Of a DNA stretch of 64,000 nt, positions 15,405 through 28,242 are shown in pieces. Both the position numbers and the translations under genes were made by a program. Below the pieces are notes generated by a model. The model had not been told where the DNA came from. It worked only from the letters and a program-made list of their open reading frames with translations, and did not search any database. Numbering within the stretch: position 1 is the stretch's first letter; every line of letters begins with the position of its first letter. The stretch comes from Eledone cirrhosa (lineage: Eukaryota), in the NCBI GenBank assembly GCA_964016885.1, contig OZ024753.1, positions 8,060,001-8,124,000 of the forward strand, in the 5' to 3' direction.

Positions 15405-15792
15405 ACGCGATGGGGCCCACCCACAGCGCCGGTGGACAGAATGGAGAAGGCGTTTCCCCGGAGGACGGCAAGGGAGACGCACTGGAAAAGCCACTCCAAC
15501 TTGCAGCTGGAAAAGCCACTCCAACTCACTCCAACCTGTGGCTGGCCAGCTCAGCACCTATGGTGGTGAGTAAGGAGGTAGCCCTGGGGCCGAGGACACC
15601 AGTAGTCTCCACTGCCAGGAGTAGGACCGTAAACCTGTCGGAGAACGACCGGTATTTGAGGAGTTTGGCCCCGTCAGCCCGACGTGCAACAGAACCTGGG
15701 TCAGTCGCAGACTGCACCAGGTTGCGGCTGCAGAAAGTGTCGGTGCAAGTGGCATCCCAGACGAGGGGTTTGCCACCGCAGAACGGGATGGG
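15405..15792 (-). pseudogene. CRE-like non-LTR retrotransposon fragment with restriction-like endonuclease domain
   Basis: IPFCGGKPLVWDATCTDT...AKLLKY...LAVETTGVLGPRA...EWLFQCVSLAVLRGNAFSIL; GC-rich island with an internal ~28-bp duplication. Confidence 0.75.
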
Positions 15793-15830
15793 TTTGTTTC
15801 ACAAATGTGACATCTAATGAAGAAAGTCAT

Positions 15831-16461
15831 AGATTCTCGACATAATTGTCTCTATTTTAGGCTCAAGGCCAGCAATTACCCAGTGCATTACTGGTACTTT
15901 ATTTTATTGACCCCGTAAGGATGAAAGGCAAAGTCAACCTCGGCGGGATTTGAACTCAGATCATAAAGGGACGTAACTATGCTGGAAAGAATGGCGTCCG
16001 ACCCTCTACTGATACTGCCAATCCACCGCCCTTACAGATTCTAGACATAATTGTTTCTACTTTAGGCACAAGGCCAGCAATTACCCAGTGCATTACTGGT
16101 ACTTTATTTTATCGACCCCGTAAGGATGAAAGGCAAAGTCAACCTCGGTGGGATTTGAACTCAGATCGTAAAGGGACGTAACTATGCTGGAAAGAATGGC
16201 GTCCGACCCTCTACTGATACTGCCAATCCACCGCCCTTACAGATTCTAGACATAATTGTTTCTACTTTAGGCACAAGGCCAGCAATTACCCAGTGCATTA
16301 CTGGTACTTTATTTTATCGACCCCGTAAGGATGAAAGGCAAAGTCAACCTCGGAGGGATTTGAACTCAGATCGTAAAGGGACGTAACTATGCTGGAAAGC
16401 ATGGCGTCCGACCCTCTACCGTTACTGCCAATCCACCACCCTTACAGATTCTAGACATAAT
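15831..16461 (-). mobile_element. Three tandem SINE A copies with 205-bp period
   Basis: Flank agattctagacataat recurs at 15831, 16036, 16241 and 16446. Confidence 0.9.
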
Positions 16462-16634
16462 ATTATCTTTACAGAATGGCAGACAAGAGAAGTTTGGTGA
16501 TGGAAGGCAGTAGACAAATGTGTCTCATCAGCAAGATGATAGAAAAGCATTTTGCTTACAATAAAATGTTGGATGTGTGTGTGTGTATATACTTAGCTAT
16601 ATTTGTAAGTCTGGCTCTCTGTGTGTGATGAATT

Positions 16635-18080
16635 ATGTATCTATGTATGAAGATGTATGTATGTATGAGGATGTATGTATGATAAATGTATGCATGTATG
16701 ATGAGTGTATGTGTATGTGTGTATATGTATGAGGATGTATGTGTGTATGTATGTATGCATGTGTGTGTATGTATTTATGTATATGTGTGTATCTATGTAT
16801 TTGTGTGTGTGTTTGTATATGTATGTATGATCTATGTGTGTGTGTGTGTATGTATGTATGTGTGTATGTATGGAGCAATGTATATATGTATGTATGAGGA
16901 TGTATTTATGTATGTATGTATGTATGTATGAACTATGTATGTGTGTATGTATGTATGTGTTTATGATATTATGTATGTGTGTGCATGTTTGTATGTATGT
17001 GTTTATGATATTATGTATGTGTGTGTATGTTTGTATGTATGAGGATATATGTATGTGTATGTATGTATGTATGTATGTTTGTATGTATGTGTGTGTGTAT
17101 GTATGTATGTATGTATGTATGTATGTATGTGTGTTTGTATGTGATTGTATATATGTATGCATGTATGTGTATGTGTGTATGTATGTATGTTTGTTTGTAT
17201 GCATGTATCTATGTATGTATCTATGTATATATGATCTGTGTATATGTATGTATGAGTATGTATCAATGTGTATATGAGCTATATATATGTATGTATGTAT
17301 GAGTATGTATCTATGTGTATATGAGCTATATATATATGTGTGGATGTATGTATGATCTATGTATATGTATATATATGTGTGTATGTATGTATGAGTATGT
17401 ATCTATGTGTATATGAGCTATATATATATGTGTGTATGTATGTATGATCTATGTATATGTATATATATATGTGTGTATGTATGTATGAGTATGTATCTAT
17501 GTGTATATGAGCTATATATATGTGTGTATGTATGTATGATCTAGGTATATGTATATATATGTGTGTATGTATGTATGAGTATGTATCTATGTGTATATGA
17601 GCTATATATATGTGTGTATGTATGTATGATTTATGTATATGTATATATATGTGTGTATGTATGTATGATCTATGTATATGTATATATATGTGTGTGTATG
17701 TATGTATGATCTATGTATATGTATATATATGTGTGTATGTATATATGAGTATGTATGAGTATGTATCTATGTGTATATGAGCTATATATATGTGTGTATG
17801 TATGTATGATCTATGTATATGTATATATATGTGTGTATGTATGTATGAGTATGTATCTATGTGTATATGAGCTATATATATGTGTGTATGTATGTATGTA
17901 TGAGTATGTATCTATGTGTATATGAGCTATATATATGTGTATATATATATGTATGATCTGTGTGTGTGTATGTATATATATGTGTGTATGTTTGTATGAG
18001 TATATCTATGCGTATATGAGCTATATATATGTGTATATATATGTATGATCTGTGTGTGTGTATGTATATATATGTGTGTG
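16635..18080. repeat. TATG/TG microsatellite with ~90-bp higher-order units from 17250
   Basis: gagtatgtatctatgtgtatatgagctata recurs about 9 times. Confidence 0.9.
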
Positions 18081-18751
18081 TGAGGATGGTTGTACTATTT
18101 GTTCCTGCTTTTGTCTAAATATATTTAATTTTCAGTGAAATGAATACTTAAATCTCATAATCTGTTGTTTTAATACTTCGCTGTAATCTGTTTTCTAAAT
18201 AAATGAAAACAACTAAATTTCTTTATTTAGTCGAAAATATGAACATATAATGTTATTGATTAGAGTGTATATTATATACACATATACATATAAATATACA
18301 CATATGTACACACACACACACATACAGACATGTACACATACATACAGGCATGCACATTCATAGACACATACACACATGTACTCACTCATACACAGATGTA
18401 GACACACACATGTTCACACTCATGCACATAATACACAAATATATGTACATACATATATATATATGTATATATATATATATATGTATGTATATAAGTCATC
18501 ATTTTACGTTCATTTTTTCACGCTGTCATGGGTTTCGTATATATATATATAAATACATACACACACATATATATATGTGTGTGTGTGTGTGTGTGTATGC
18601 ATGTGTGAGTGTATATGTGTATTTATGTGTATATGCATGTCTGTATGTATGTATGTCATACACACATATACATACACACATCATACACACATACATATAC
18701 ACAGATACATATCTACACAAACATAAACATACGTAGATACATATGTGTATA

Positions 18752-19280
18752 GAAAAAGAGAATATTTATGCAGAACTGATGAGAAATCTGCAGATACTCC
18801 ACCCTGATTACACCTTCAGATTTATACCTGTGATTATTGAGGGCACTGGGGTATGTTAGTAACTGCCTCAATACAAATCTTGAGAAGCTGGGCTTCACAG
18901 GAACAGAAAGAACACAACTAGTTAGGAAATTACAAGTACAATCCATTAATGGAACAGTAAAAATATGTAAAACATTCCAAAAATTTTGCATCTAATAACT
19001 GCATATACACATGTACAGACACAAAGCATATACACATGCACACATGCACACATGCAACTTAAAACATCCACATCCACACATACAATAACATCCATATCTA
19101 CACATGCATGCATGCAGACATATCTACCTAGTTGATGTTGTGTAAATTCCAGTGAGAGAGTCTTGTGTCTATGTTAGAAACCGACTCTCTATTGGGAAAA
19201 AAATTTGTGGAATTATAAAACCAGAACATACATCCATACATACATGCATGCATGCATACATACATACATACATACATACA
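18752..19280 (+). mobile_element. R4/Dong-like RLE retrotransposon 3' end and UTR ending in (ACAT)n
   Basis: EKENIYAELMRNLQIL...FIPVII/GALGYV...LEKLGF...KLQVQSINGTVKICKTF, one frameshift, stop at 18993-18995. Confidence 0.7.
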
Positions 19281-19482
19281 TAGAAACCAACACACATATG
19301 GTTTAGTTTATTAAATTTTGCCATTGAAATCAATATAGTTTTGTAATGTTTAATTTAGTAGGAGAGAAACGATAGAATTGGTTTTCTTTCAATTCAACAG
19401 AAATGAAGAAGTTGTCATATTTCAACATCGAAATATTTCCTTGATTTATGATTTAACAGATGAAAATATCCACAGTTTGTTT

Positions 19483-19898
19483 CTCTTCTTCTTCTTTTTC
19501 TTCTTCTTCTTTCTCTTCTTCTTCTTTCTCTTCTTTCTCTTCTTCATCTTTCTCTTCTTCTTCTTCTTTTTCTTCTTTTTCTTCTTCTTTTTCTTCTTTT
19601 TCTTCTTCTTTTTCTTCTTTTTCCTCTTTTTCTTCTTCTTTTTCTTCTTTTTCCTCTTTTTCTTCTTCTTTTTCTTCTTTTTCTTCTTTTTCTTCTTTTT
19701 CTTCTTTTTCTTCTTTTTCTTCTTTTTCTTTTTCTTTTTCTTCTTTTTCTTCTTTTTCTTCTTTTTCTTCCTTTTCTTCCTTTTCTTCTTTTTCTTCTTT
19801 GTCTTCTTTTTCTTCTTTTTCTTCTTTTTCTTCTTTTTCTTCTTCTTTTTCTTCTTTTTCTTCTTCCTTTTCTTCTTTTTCTTCTTTTTCTTCTTCTC
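19483..19898. repeat. Polypyrimidine (TCTTCTTTT)n tract
   Basis: ~415 bp almost free of purines on the plus strand. Confidence 0.95.
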
Positions 19899-20416
19899 CC
19901 GTTATTTTTATCTCTCTCTTTCCTTCTTTCATTCTCTCTCTCCTTCGCCCGTTTGTCCTTTATTTGATTATATATAAATTTATTTCCATACTTTGACTAA
20001 TGTTAACTTTTATATCTGAAGACATGTTTTAGTTTAGTGAAAGTTAATCCTGGAAAATAATTGCTTGTTGCCATATCAGGTCAAGCATGTAAAGCACTGA
20101 TTCCACAGTTAATGCCATAACAGACTGCTGTGTCTGCAAACATTGCTGGTTCAACTTGGTTTCACTTCTGCTGTCTGTCTATATTGTTGTTGTAATCTTC
20201 TTGCTAAATATCTGTAGCACAATTTCCTCTATAATCCTGCCATCCTGCCATGTGTAGTATTTAAAAAAATAATCTATTTTCTGCAAGTTTTCCAAGAATT
20301 GTATGAGCAAGACATGGTCACCTGACGTAGCATTGCCCATAACAGGACAATTCATCTAACCCGTACTAGCGTGGAAAATAGACATAAAACGGTGGAGATG
20401 ATATAGGTATGTACAC

Positions 20417-20465
<49 letters not shown>

Positions 20466-20466
<1 letters not shown>

Positions 20467-20665
20467 CGAAGGAAATGTGGTAAGGAACCAGGTGGACCAT
20501 AACGCACCAAAGTACTCAATACTTGAGGTAGTAGAGTGGGTAATAGGAACCAGTAAGACCCCGACAGCTGAGCTCAAGCCGTTTCGACGGCTAATTCTGG
20601 ACTCAATTAGTCCAGAATTAGCCGTCGAAACGGCTTGAGCTCAGCTGTCGGGGTCTTACTGGTTC

Positions 20666-20670
<5 letters not shown>
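20466..20670. mobile_element. Fold-back element in (TA)n with a perfect ~60-bp hairpin; related pieces at 27985-28120 and 29293-29351
   Basis: taggaacc...ctggact / caatt / agtccag...ggttccta; contains cgaaacgg but no CUGANGA. Confidence 0.6.
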
Positions 20671-20698
<28 letters not shown>

Positions 20699-20764
20699 TT
20701 GCAAGCAGAGAAAAGCAGACGTAAAATGATGATGATGATGATATCATGAGATATATATATATAT

Positions 20765-21086
20765 CATCATCATCATCATTTCATTTTACGTCCGCTTTTT
20801 CCCTGCTTGCAAGGGTGGGATGGGAACTGATTCTGGCTTGATTTCTACAGCTGGATGCCCTTCCTAACACCAACCTCATTTACAGTGAGTGCTGGGTGCT
20901 TTTTTGCCGTGGCACCTCCACGACCACTTTGCAGTGGAATGATAGGGACCCCAGTCCCTATCATCTCATTTCTGGAGCAATCTGAAATAAAGTGTCTTGC
21001 TCAAAGAAACAACACATCACCCGGTCTGAGAATTGAACCCACAACCTTTCGATTGCAAGGCCAATGCTCTAACCACTAAGCCATGT

Positions 21087-21088
<2 letters not shown>
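20765..21088 (-). mobile_element. SINE family B, full length
   Basis: Near-identical to 12590-12915. Confidence 0.85.
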
Positions 21089-21120
<32 letters not shown>

Positions 21121-21397
21121 TTATCATGAGATATATATGTATATATGATGATGATGATACCACAAAACATCCAGCCCATACTGTAAAGTGGTTGTGTAGG
21201 TGTCACAACAAAAAAGCACCCAGCACACACTGTAAACTGGTCGTGTAAAAGACACGACAAAAAGTACCCAGCACATACTGTCAATGTGGTTGCCATTAGG
21301 AAGGGCATCCAACCTTAGAGAACCAGCCATAAACAGTCCTATATGAGCGAGACACTGTCACCCGACCCAACTTGCCTCTAAATGGGACAAACGCATC

Positions 21398-21585
21398 TAA
21401 TTGTTTCTACCTTTTGGCACAAGGCCAGCAATTATCCCAGTACATTACTGGTACTTTATTTTATCGACCCCCGTAAGGATGAAAGGCAAAGTTAATCTCG
21501 GCGGGATTTGAACTCAGAACGTAAAGGGATATAACTCAATGCTGCAAATCATGGTGTCTGACGCTCTACCGATACTGCCAATCCC
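21398..21585 (-). mobile_element. SINE family A copy
   Basis: Reverse complement of the family consensus. Confidence 0.85.
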
Positions 21586-21679
21586 GTAATAGTAGTTGTT
21601 AATTAGCACTAATTAAGTTCAGATAAAGAAGACCTTCGCTCAAAAGTGTTCAAGCCATGATCTTCTAGGTTGTTTTTTT

Positions 21680-22455
21680 TTAACTCTTTAGCATTCACAT
21701 TACTCTATACTTACTATTGTATTTTCATGGTAAACACTTTATCTCACATAATATCTCACACAACATTTACATTACTCTATATTTACTATTGTATTTTCAT
21801 GGTAAACACTTTATCTCACATAATATCTCACACAACATTTACATTACTCTATATATACTATTGTATTTTCATGGTAAACACTTTATCTCACATAATATCT
21901 CACACAACATTTACATTACTCTATATTTACTATTGTATTTTCATGGTAAACACTTTATCTCACATAATATCTCACACAACATTTACATTACTCTATATTT
22001 ACTATTGTATTTTCATGGTAAACACTTTATCTCACATAATATCTCACACAACATTTACATTACTCTATATTTACTATTGTATTTTCATGGTAAATACTTT
22101 ATCTCACATAATATCTCACACAACATTTACATTACTCTATATTTACTATTGTATTTTCATGGTAAACACTTTATCTCACATAATATCTCACACAACATTT
22201 ACATTACTCTATATTTACTATTGTATTTTCATGGTAAACACTTTATCTCACACAACATTCACATTACTCTATATTTACTATTGTATTTTCATGGTAAAGA
22301 CTTTATCTCACATAATATCGAATCTATGAGATTTTGATATTATTTATTTTGAGAACAATACCTTATAAGTTTGAGAGGCTGGTTACAACCAGTTTGAACA
22401 GAAAGAGGTGAGAGAATTCTGGCCGTATATGGCCGGTTTAAATGCTGAAGGGTTA
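21680..22455 (+). mobile_element. piggyBac-type MITE with internal 72-bp tandem array (~9 units)
   Basis: Family ends enclose units starting at 21697, 21769 and onward to 22261. Confidence 0.85.
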
Positions 22456-23143
22456 GGGTAATGTCTTGTGTAGTAATCTAGATACACAAATCCTTTCTTT
22501 TTAGGTGATGGGGTAGTTGCTTAAATTGACCCAAGCACATTTCTGGTACTTAATTTTTAACAATGTTGGAAAGATGAAAGCTAAAACCAACTTTTGCGGG
22601 ATTTGAACTTAAAATATATAAAGGGCCATAGTTAGATATAATTAAATGCTACTAAGTATTTTGACTTTCACTCTAATGAGTTGGTTAATCTTCCATCCTT
22701 CACGATCTTAATAAATGGAGTTTAAATGTTGCCCAAATAGTGTGGATTAGCTTATATACACCATCTAAACATAATGTGTTGATTAGCCACCACAGCTTAT
22801 AAATGGTGTCTGATGCTCTACTGATACCACCAATCCACCACCCCCGATCTTGGTAATAAGCAACCATTGCGTACAATCCTAAGCATTGATGTCGGGTTGG
22901 CTGTGAAAATTCATAGCTCAATATATATCTTCATCATCATCTTCACCACTTAAATATAGAGTAAAACTTTTCTAACAGTTAAATTTATTACAGAATGACT
23001 ATCTATATATCCCCCCCTCCCTCTCTCTCTCTTTGTGGTGAAAGGAATTGAAATTTGAAATCATTCAAATCAAAATGATTTATAGAAAATTGGAGTTCGA
23101 AAAAAATTCTATTCAAACCTACACAGTTGCAGCTTTGCGGACA

Positions 23144-23184
<41 letters not shown>

Positions 23185-23961
23185 TACTGTAGTGGAGAGG
23201 AGGGCCACAGAAGACACTTCACAATGTCTACAATGCCAGACAAGATACAAGACCTTACTGACATAATTAAAAAATCTCTATAGAATTCAGAAGAGACATT
23301 TACACTTCAAGAGTTAGCAATTGCAGATAATGATAAATAGATAATACTATATATTGTTCTGTTACCAGAATTATCCACTCAGTCTTACTGATAAAATAAG
23401 AAGTAGAACAAAACAGAAGTTTTTGTGATTATTTGTTTAGTACATCCTAAATCACAAATCAGTAGTTTGATTAAATTTTTTTTCCTTTTCATCATTTTCT
23501 TTGTTTTGTTTTTCCTTCTATTTGAAAATCCAAAATCAATATAGTTAAGGTGCTTTTATAAACTGTAATAGGCTGGGGGAATATATCTAATTGAAATTCA
23601 GACTTGGTGTAAAATCCAATAAAAGATTGAATTTTTTTTTATCATTTCAAAACAGATTTTAGGTATTTTTCTTATTAAATTTTAATTGAAGGTTGAATTT
23701 CAATTTCAGTCCGAAAAATGTTTGCAGTTGAAGCTTTCCTCCTTTCTAACTTGAAATTCATTTTCGGAAATTAACTTAGTTTTATCAACTTGGAATTTTA
23801 ATTTGAAAAAAGAAAATTGGTTTTCCATTTTCTAATTTGGACGAAATGGTTTCTAACTTCATGGATTTAATAGTTTTAATGTTCTTTTACAGATGATGCC
23901 AGTGAGAGTATCAATATGAGTTTTATAATGACAGAATCCTTGCATAATTACTGCATATTAT

Positions 23962-24135
23962 CGGTGGTTTGGCAGTATCGGTAGAGGGTCGGACACCATG
24001 CTTTGCAGCAAAGAGTTACGGCCCTTTATGTTTTGAGTTCAAATCCCGCCTTTCATCCTTACGAGGTCGATAAAATAAAATACCAGTAATACACTAGGAT
24101 AATTGCTGGCCTTGTGCCAAAAGTAGAAACAATTA
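23962..24135 (+). mobile_element. SINE family A copy with small internal deletion
   Basis: Family motifs; gaggttaactttgcc segment missing. Confidence 0.85.
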
Positions 24136-24320
24136 TCTTACCTAAAAGTACAACTTAGAGACTAATAGTTGAACATGGACAAATTCTTTTTTCTTTGTAT
24201 ACTGTATTTATAAGTGTAGGCAGCAAATTGGCAAAGCCTTTAGAACATTGGATAGAATACTTTGCAATACTTGTTCTGGTTCTCTTTCAGTTCAAATCCT
24301 TTCCAGTTCATTTATGGAGC

Positions 24321-24450
24321 TATGAGGGTTGGTTGAAAAGTTCAGAATCTGGCAAAGATTTCATAGCTCTGTATCACTTCTTCATAAGCTGACCAAGATT
24401 CTCTCATGGTATCACCAAATGAGGTTTATTTTTCAACATAGCCCCTGGAA
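24321..24450. mobile_element. Possible mariner terminal remnant
   Basis: tatgagggttggttgaaaagttc start and tatttttcaacatagcccc resemble mariner ends. Confidence 0.45.
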
Positions 24451-24639
24451 TGAAACAAAATCTCAATCCCCCTCATATATGTTCATTATAATATTTATTT
24501 TTTTTATTATGTTAGTTGTTATTTGGGGACTATGGAGTTTCCTATCATTTGAAGTATCTTCGATACTTACATCCTACCAGTTGTGTTATATGGTCTTGAT
24601 TGTGTTAATTGGACGACATGGTTACTTCAGAAGCTTTCT

Positions 24640-25010
24640 ACATTCCAGAACCAAACCACATCATGAGACTTATGACTGGCAAGTGGCTCAGCGACCATAT
24701 CTGTATCAGTGAGCTGCTCAACATTACCAAACTTAGACCTATTACCAATTACATCAATTGTCAAGTCAAGAGTACTCAAACTATACGGCCATATAAAAAG
24801 ATCAACTCGTTGTGTGAGTAGGTTATGCCTGGAAGGAAGGTTGGCTGGTAGGAGAAGCAGAGGCTGGCAGCCAAAACGATGGCTTAATAATGTCAACTTC
24901 TGGACTGGACTTGATCTTTGCTCTTTAAACTCTGCTGGTGGTGATCTAACTTTGTGGAGATATCTCATGTTGATGCTCAGTCTACAACTGGTGGGGTTTA
25001 GTGTCTGGTG
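24640..25010 (+). pseudogene. Second RTE-like LINE C-terminal fragment
   Basis: KSRVLKLYGHIKR...LEGRLAGRRSRGWQPKRWLNNV...W motif order. Confidence 0.75.
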
Positions 25011-25960
25011 AGATGGGGTTTCTCATAAAACAGATATATCAACATTTGTAAAAAACTGTTATAATCACATATTTGCAATGTTCTCATTTGAAATGAGTAT
25101 TTTTAACCTGAGTCTGAAGATGATAGAAAATGTATAGCTGTGGATATGATTCCACCCCTCACACCCATGGATTTTTCCCTTAGTTAAGTTGAAAATATCT
25201 CATTTTATACATGAGAGATTATGCATTTAATATCACTTATTGCATCATATAAGTTACTTTGAAATAATATATATAAGCCTACCCATTCTATTTTATGTCT
25301 GAGAAATGGGCAAAAATCTAAACTCTATTTATAACCCGAGGCAGCTAATTAACACATTATGTTTAGATGTCATATATAAACCAGAGTCCCCTCTTCTATT
25401 TTACAATCAATTTATTTGGTCACATATTCCTTGGCTTATATTCATCTATATATGATAGTTATTTAAGCTTCAGCTTTGGTAAAATGTGTTATTAAAAAGA
25501 CAACATTAAGATAACTCTTAGTTGAAATGCCTGAGTAGATTCACAAACAAGTGAACTACAAAATAAGAATATATTTTTAGGGAATATCATAAATACTATT
25601 TCTCTATTTCATTAATTCTCTACATGATAAAACTATTAGTTTTCAAAAGACTTTTGAGATAGGTGTGACCCCTTAGGTCACTGACAAAATTGTTTATCCA
25701 AAGACTCCAGGTTTTAGATCAATATGCAAGCAATTCAATATTCTGCTTAAACTAGATTGGATGATGTTTCTGCCTTTGGATAGAAATGCATGATTTATTA
25801 AACTATGGTCTAGACATTATATGTATTATGGAAGAAACGTGAATTTCTAGGACCAGTTCAGACTGGATATATGGCCTGCAACAGTTAGAATAAATATATC
25901 ATATTTGTATTTAAATTAATCATTCTCACATACATACATGTAAGTATGTATGTATGTATG

Positions 25961-26028
<68 letters not shown>

Positions 26029-26389
26029 ATATATTTGGTAATACTACTTAGGAATGAATATTCTGTAGCCAAAAGAGCTATTATGACAGCTATATGACCT
26101 GGCATCTGTAGAGACCGGACCAATGGCACACTTCAATCAGAAGGCAAAGAAATAGAATTCCTGAAAAGAATGCATTTGTAAGTATTGGTATTGCGTATAT
26201 GAGATGTAATACTGAAATGTAATAGCTGCTGCTAAGTATGGAAACCGAATTATGGTAAAGACATAACTGGTTTAGAATTGATCTGATAACTATATCATTT
26301 CCAGATTATGACATACACACATAAACTAATACACACACACACACTAAGACACACATACATACACACACACATACATACACACACACACG

Positions 26390-26424
<35 letters not shown>

Positions 26425-26800
26425 ATACACACAAACACAAACACAAACACACACACATACTTATACACATAACACACACACATTCACACACAAATGCACA
26501 TACACACTCACACACACACAAATACACATACACAATCGCACACACACAAATACACATACACACTCATACACTCACACACACACTCACACATACATAACAC
26601 ACACAAATACACATACACACTCAGACACACACACAAATACACATACACACATACACACTCACACAGAGACATAAAATACTCAAACACACACATACACACA
26701 TACACAAATACACATACACACTCACACACAGACATAAAACACACAAATACACACACACATTCACACAAACTCAAACAAAGGCACGCTCATACACACACAA

Positions 26801-26871
<71 letters not shown>

Positions 26872-27249
26872 AAACACACACACACACAGAAATTACTTAT
26901 AGTGTGGCTATTAATACTAACAGTAGACATACAGAATTATTGATTCAGAAATTAAGAAGTGTTTTTTATAATTGTTAATTGTTAAGGCAATTACATTTGA
27001 TAATTTTTCTTAATTATCTGTAGTGAAGAGAATATTTACAAGATGTCTGCACCAATATATGAGAGCTGTATAAACGTAGACATTTTATCAAGAAAATGTA
27101 ATCTACCAGATGGTGATTACAGCTCCCAATCTATAATGTAACTTAGCTTTTCAACACCATTTCAGATTAAGTAGGTTTGTATATGCCAATTAAATATATA
27201 ATTTGCATATGCATACTTACACAGACACACAGACACACTTATATATATG

Positions 27250-27445
27250 TTTATCCTGGATTCAATCGAGGTTAACCACAGTAAGTAAGGTACTCAATGC
27301 ATAGCAGAGTATAGATATTTAATATAGAAATGGGTTCTACAGGACTAGAACTGTTTCATTCAGGAGAAATCATCAGGAGACTTCCTGATGATTTCTCCCG
27401 AGTGAGACAGCTCTAGTCCTGTAGAAGCCATTTCTATATTAAATA
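27250..27445. mobile_element. Fold-back element with degenerate minimal hammerhead cores
   Basis: Arms 27316-27378 and 27383-27445. Plus strand has ctgatga at 27385-27391 but GAGA instead of GAAA; minus strand reads ctgatga-tttc-tcct-gaat-gaaa-cagttc. Confidence 0.55.
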
Positions 27446-27446
27446 C

Positions 27447-27682
27447 TGCGTCTTCCTTTCACATTGCTCCAGTTTACTCAGCTGTAGAAATGAGATGATA
27501 GGAACTGGGGTCCATATCATTCCACTGCAAAGTGGTCGTGGAGGTGCCACGGCAAAAAAGCACCCAGCACTCACTGCAAATGAGGTTGGTGTTAGGAAGG
27601 GCATCCAGCTGTAGAAATCAAGCCAGAATCAGTTCCCGTCCCACCCTTGCAAGCAGGGAAAAGCGGACGTAAAAATGATGAT
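27447..27682 (+). mobile_element. SINE family B, 5'-truncated
   Basis: Body and RTE-type tail match the other B copies. Confidence 0.8.
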
Positions 27683-27689
27683 ATATATA

Positions 27690-27942
27690 TCATCATCATC
27701 ATCATCATCATTTTACGTCTGCTTTTCCCTGCTTGCAATGGTGGGATGGGTCTTTATCAGCACAGCACCTCTCCATTCATCAAGGTCCTATGTCACCTCC
27801 TCAGTGAGCTTCAGCGATCTGAAGTTAGCTCTCACCACCCCCACCCATGATTTTTGTGGTCTTCCTCTACTGCGTCTTCCTTTCACTGTGATTTCTTGGC
27901 ACTTCTTTACCCAGCGATCATCTTCCATGTGCATCACATATC
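27690..27942 (-). mobile_element. RTE LINE 3' fragment (another at 37085-37225)
   Basis: Reverse-complement match to 59475-59728. Confidence 0.8.
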
Positions 27943-28242
27943 CAATAATTTCCTAATTTCCTTCGTTATATATTTATATATATATAATGGAGTTGTGGTA
28001 AGGAACCAGATGGACCATAACGCACCAGAGTACTCAATACTTAGGGTAGTAGCATGGGTAATAGGAAATAGCCGTCGAAACGGCTTGAGCTCTGCCGTCG
28101 GGGTCATACATTTTACTATATATAGTACTGTTGTACCTCTGAAATATGTATAATAAAATTTAGTTGATCACAAGAACATCTATTTTATTAATATTTGAAT
28201 TTAATATTAATAACTCTGAAAATTTTTTTTTTTTTTTTAATA

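Noticed and set aside
19378-19996. EEK-rich, poly-F and poly-S ORFs
   Set aside because: Translations of the polypyrimidine repeat.
21670-22337. ORFs with 24-aa repeats (also 57950-58408)
   Set aside because: Product of the 72-bp array inside a non-coding MITE.
26110-26184. Possible short exon ending at gtaagt
   Set aside because: Weak acceptor, no recognisable protein, and no partner exons.
27023-27141. 38-codon open stretch after an AG
   Set aside because: No recognisable similarity; such lengths are expected by chance.
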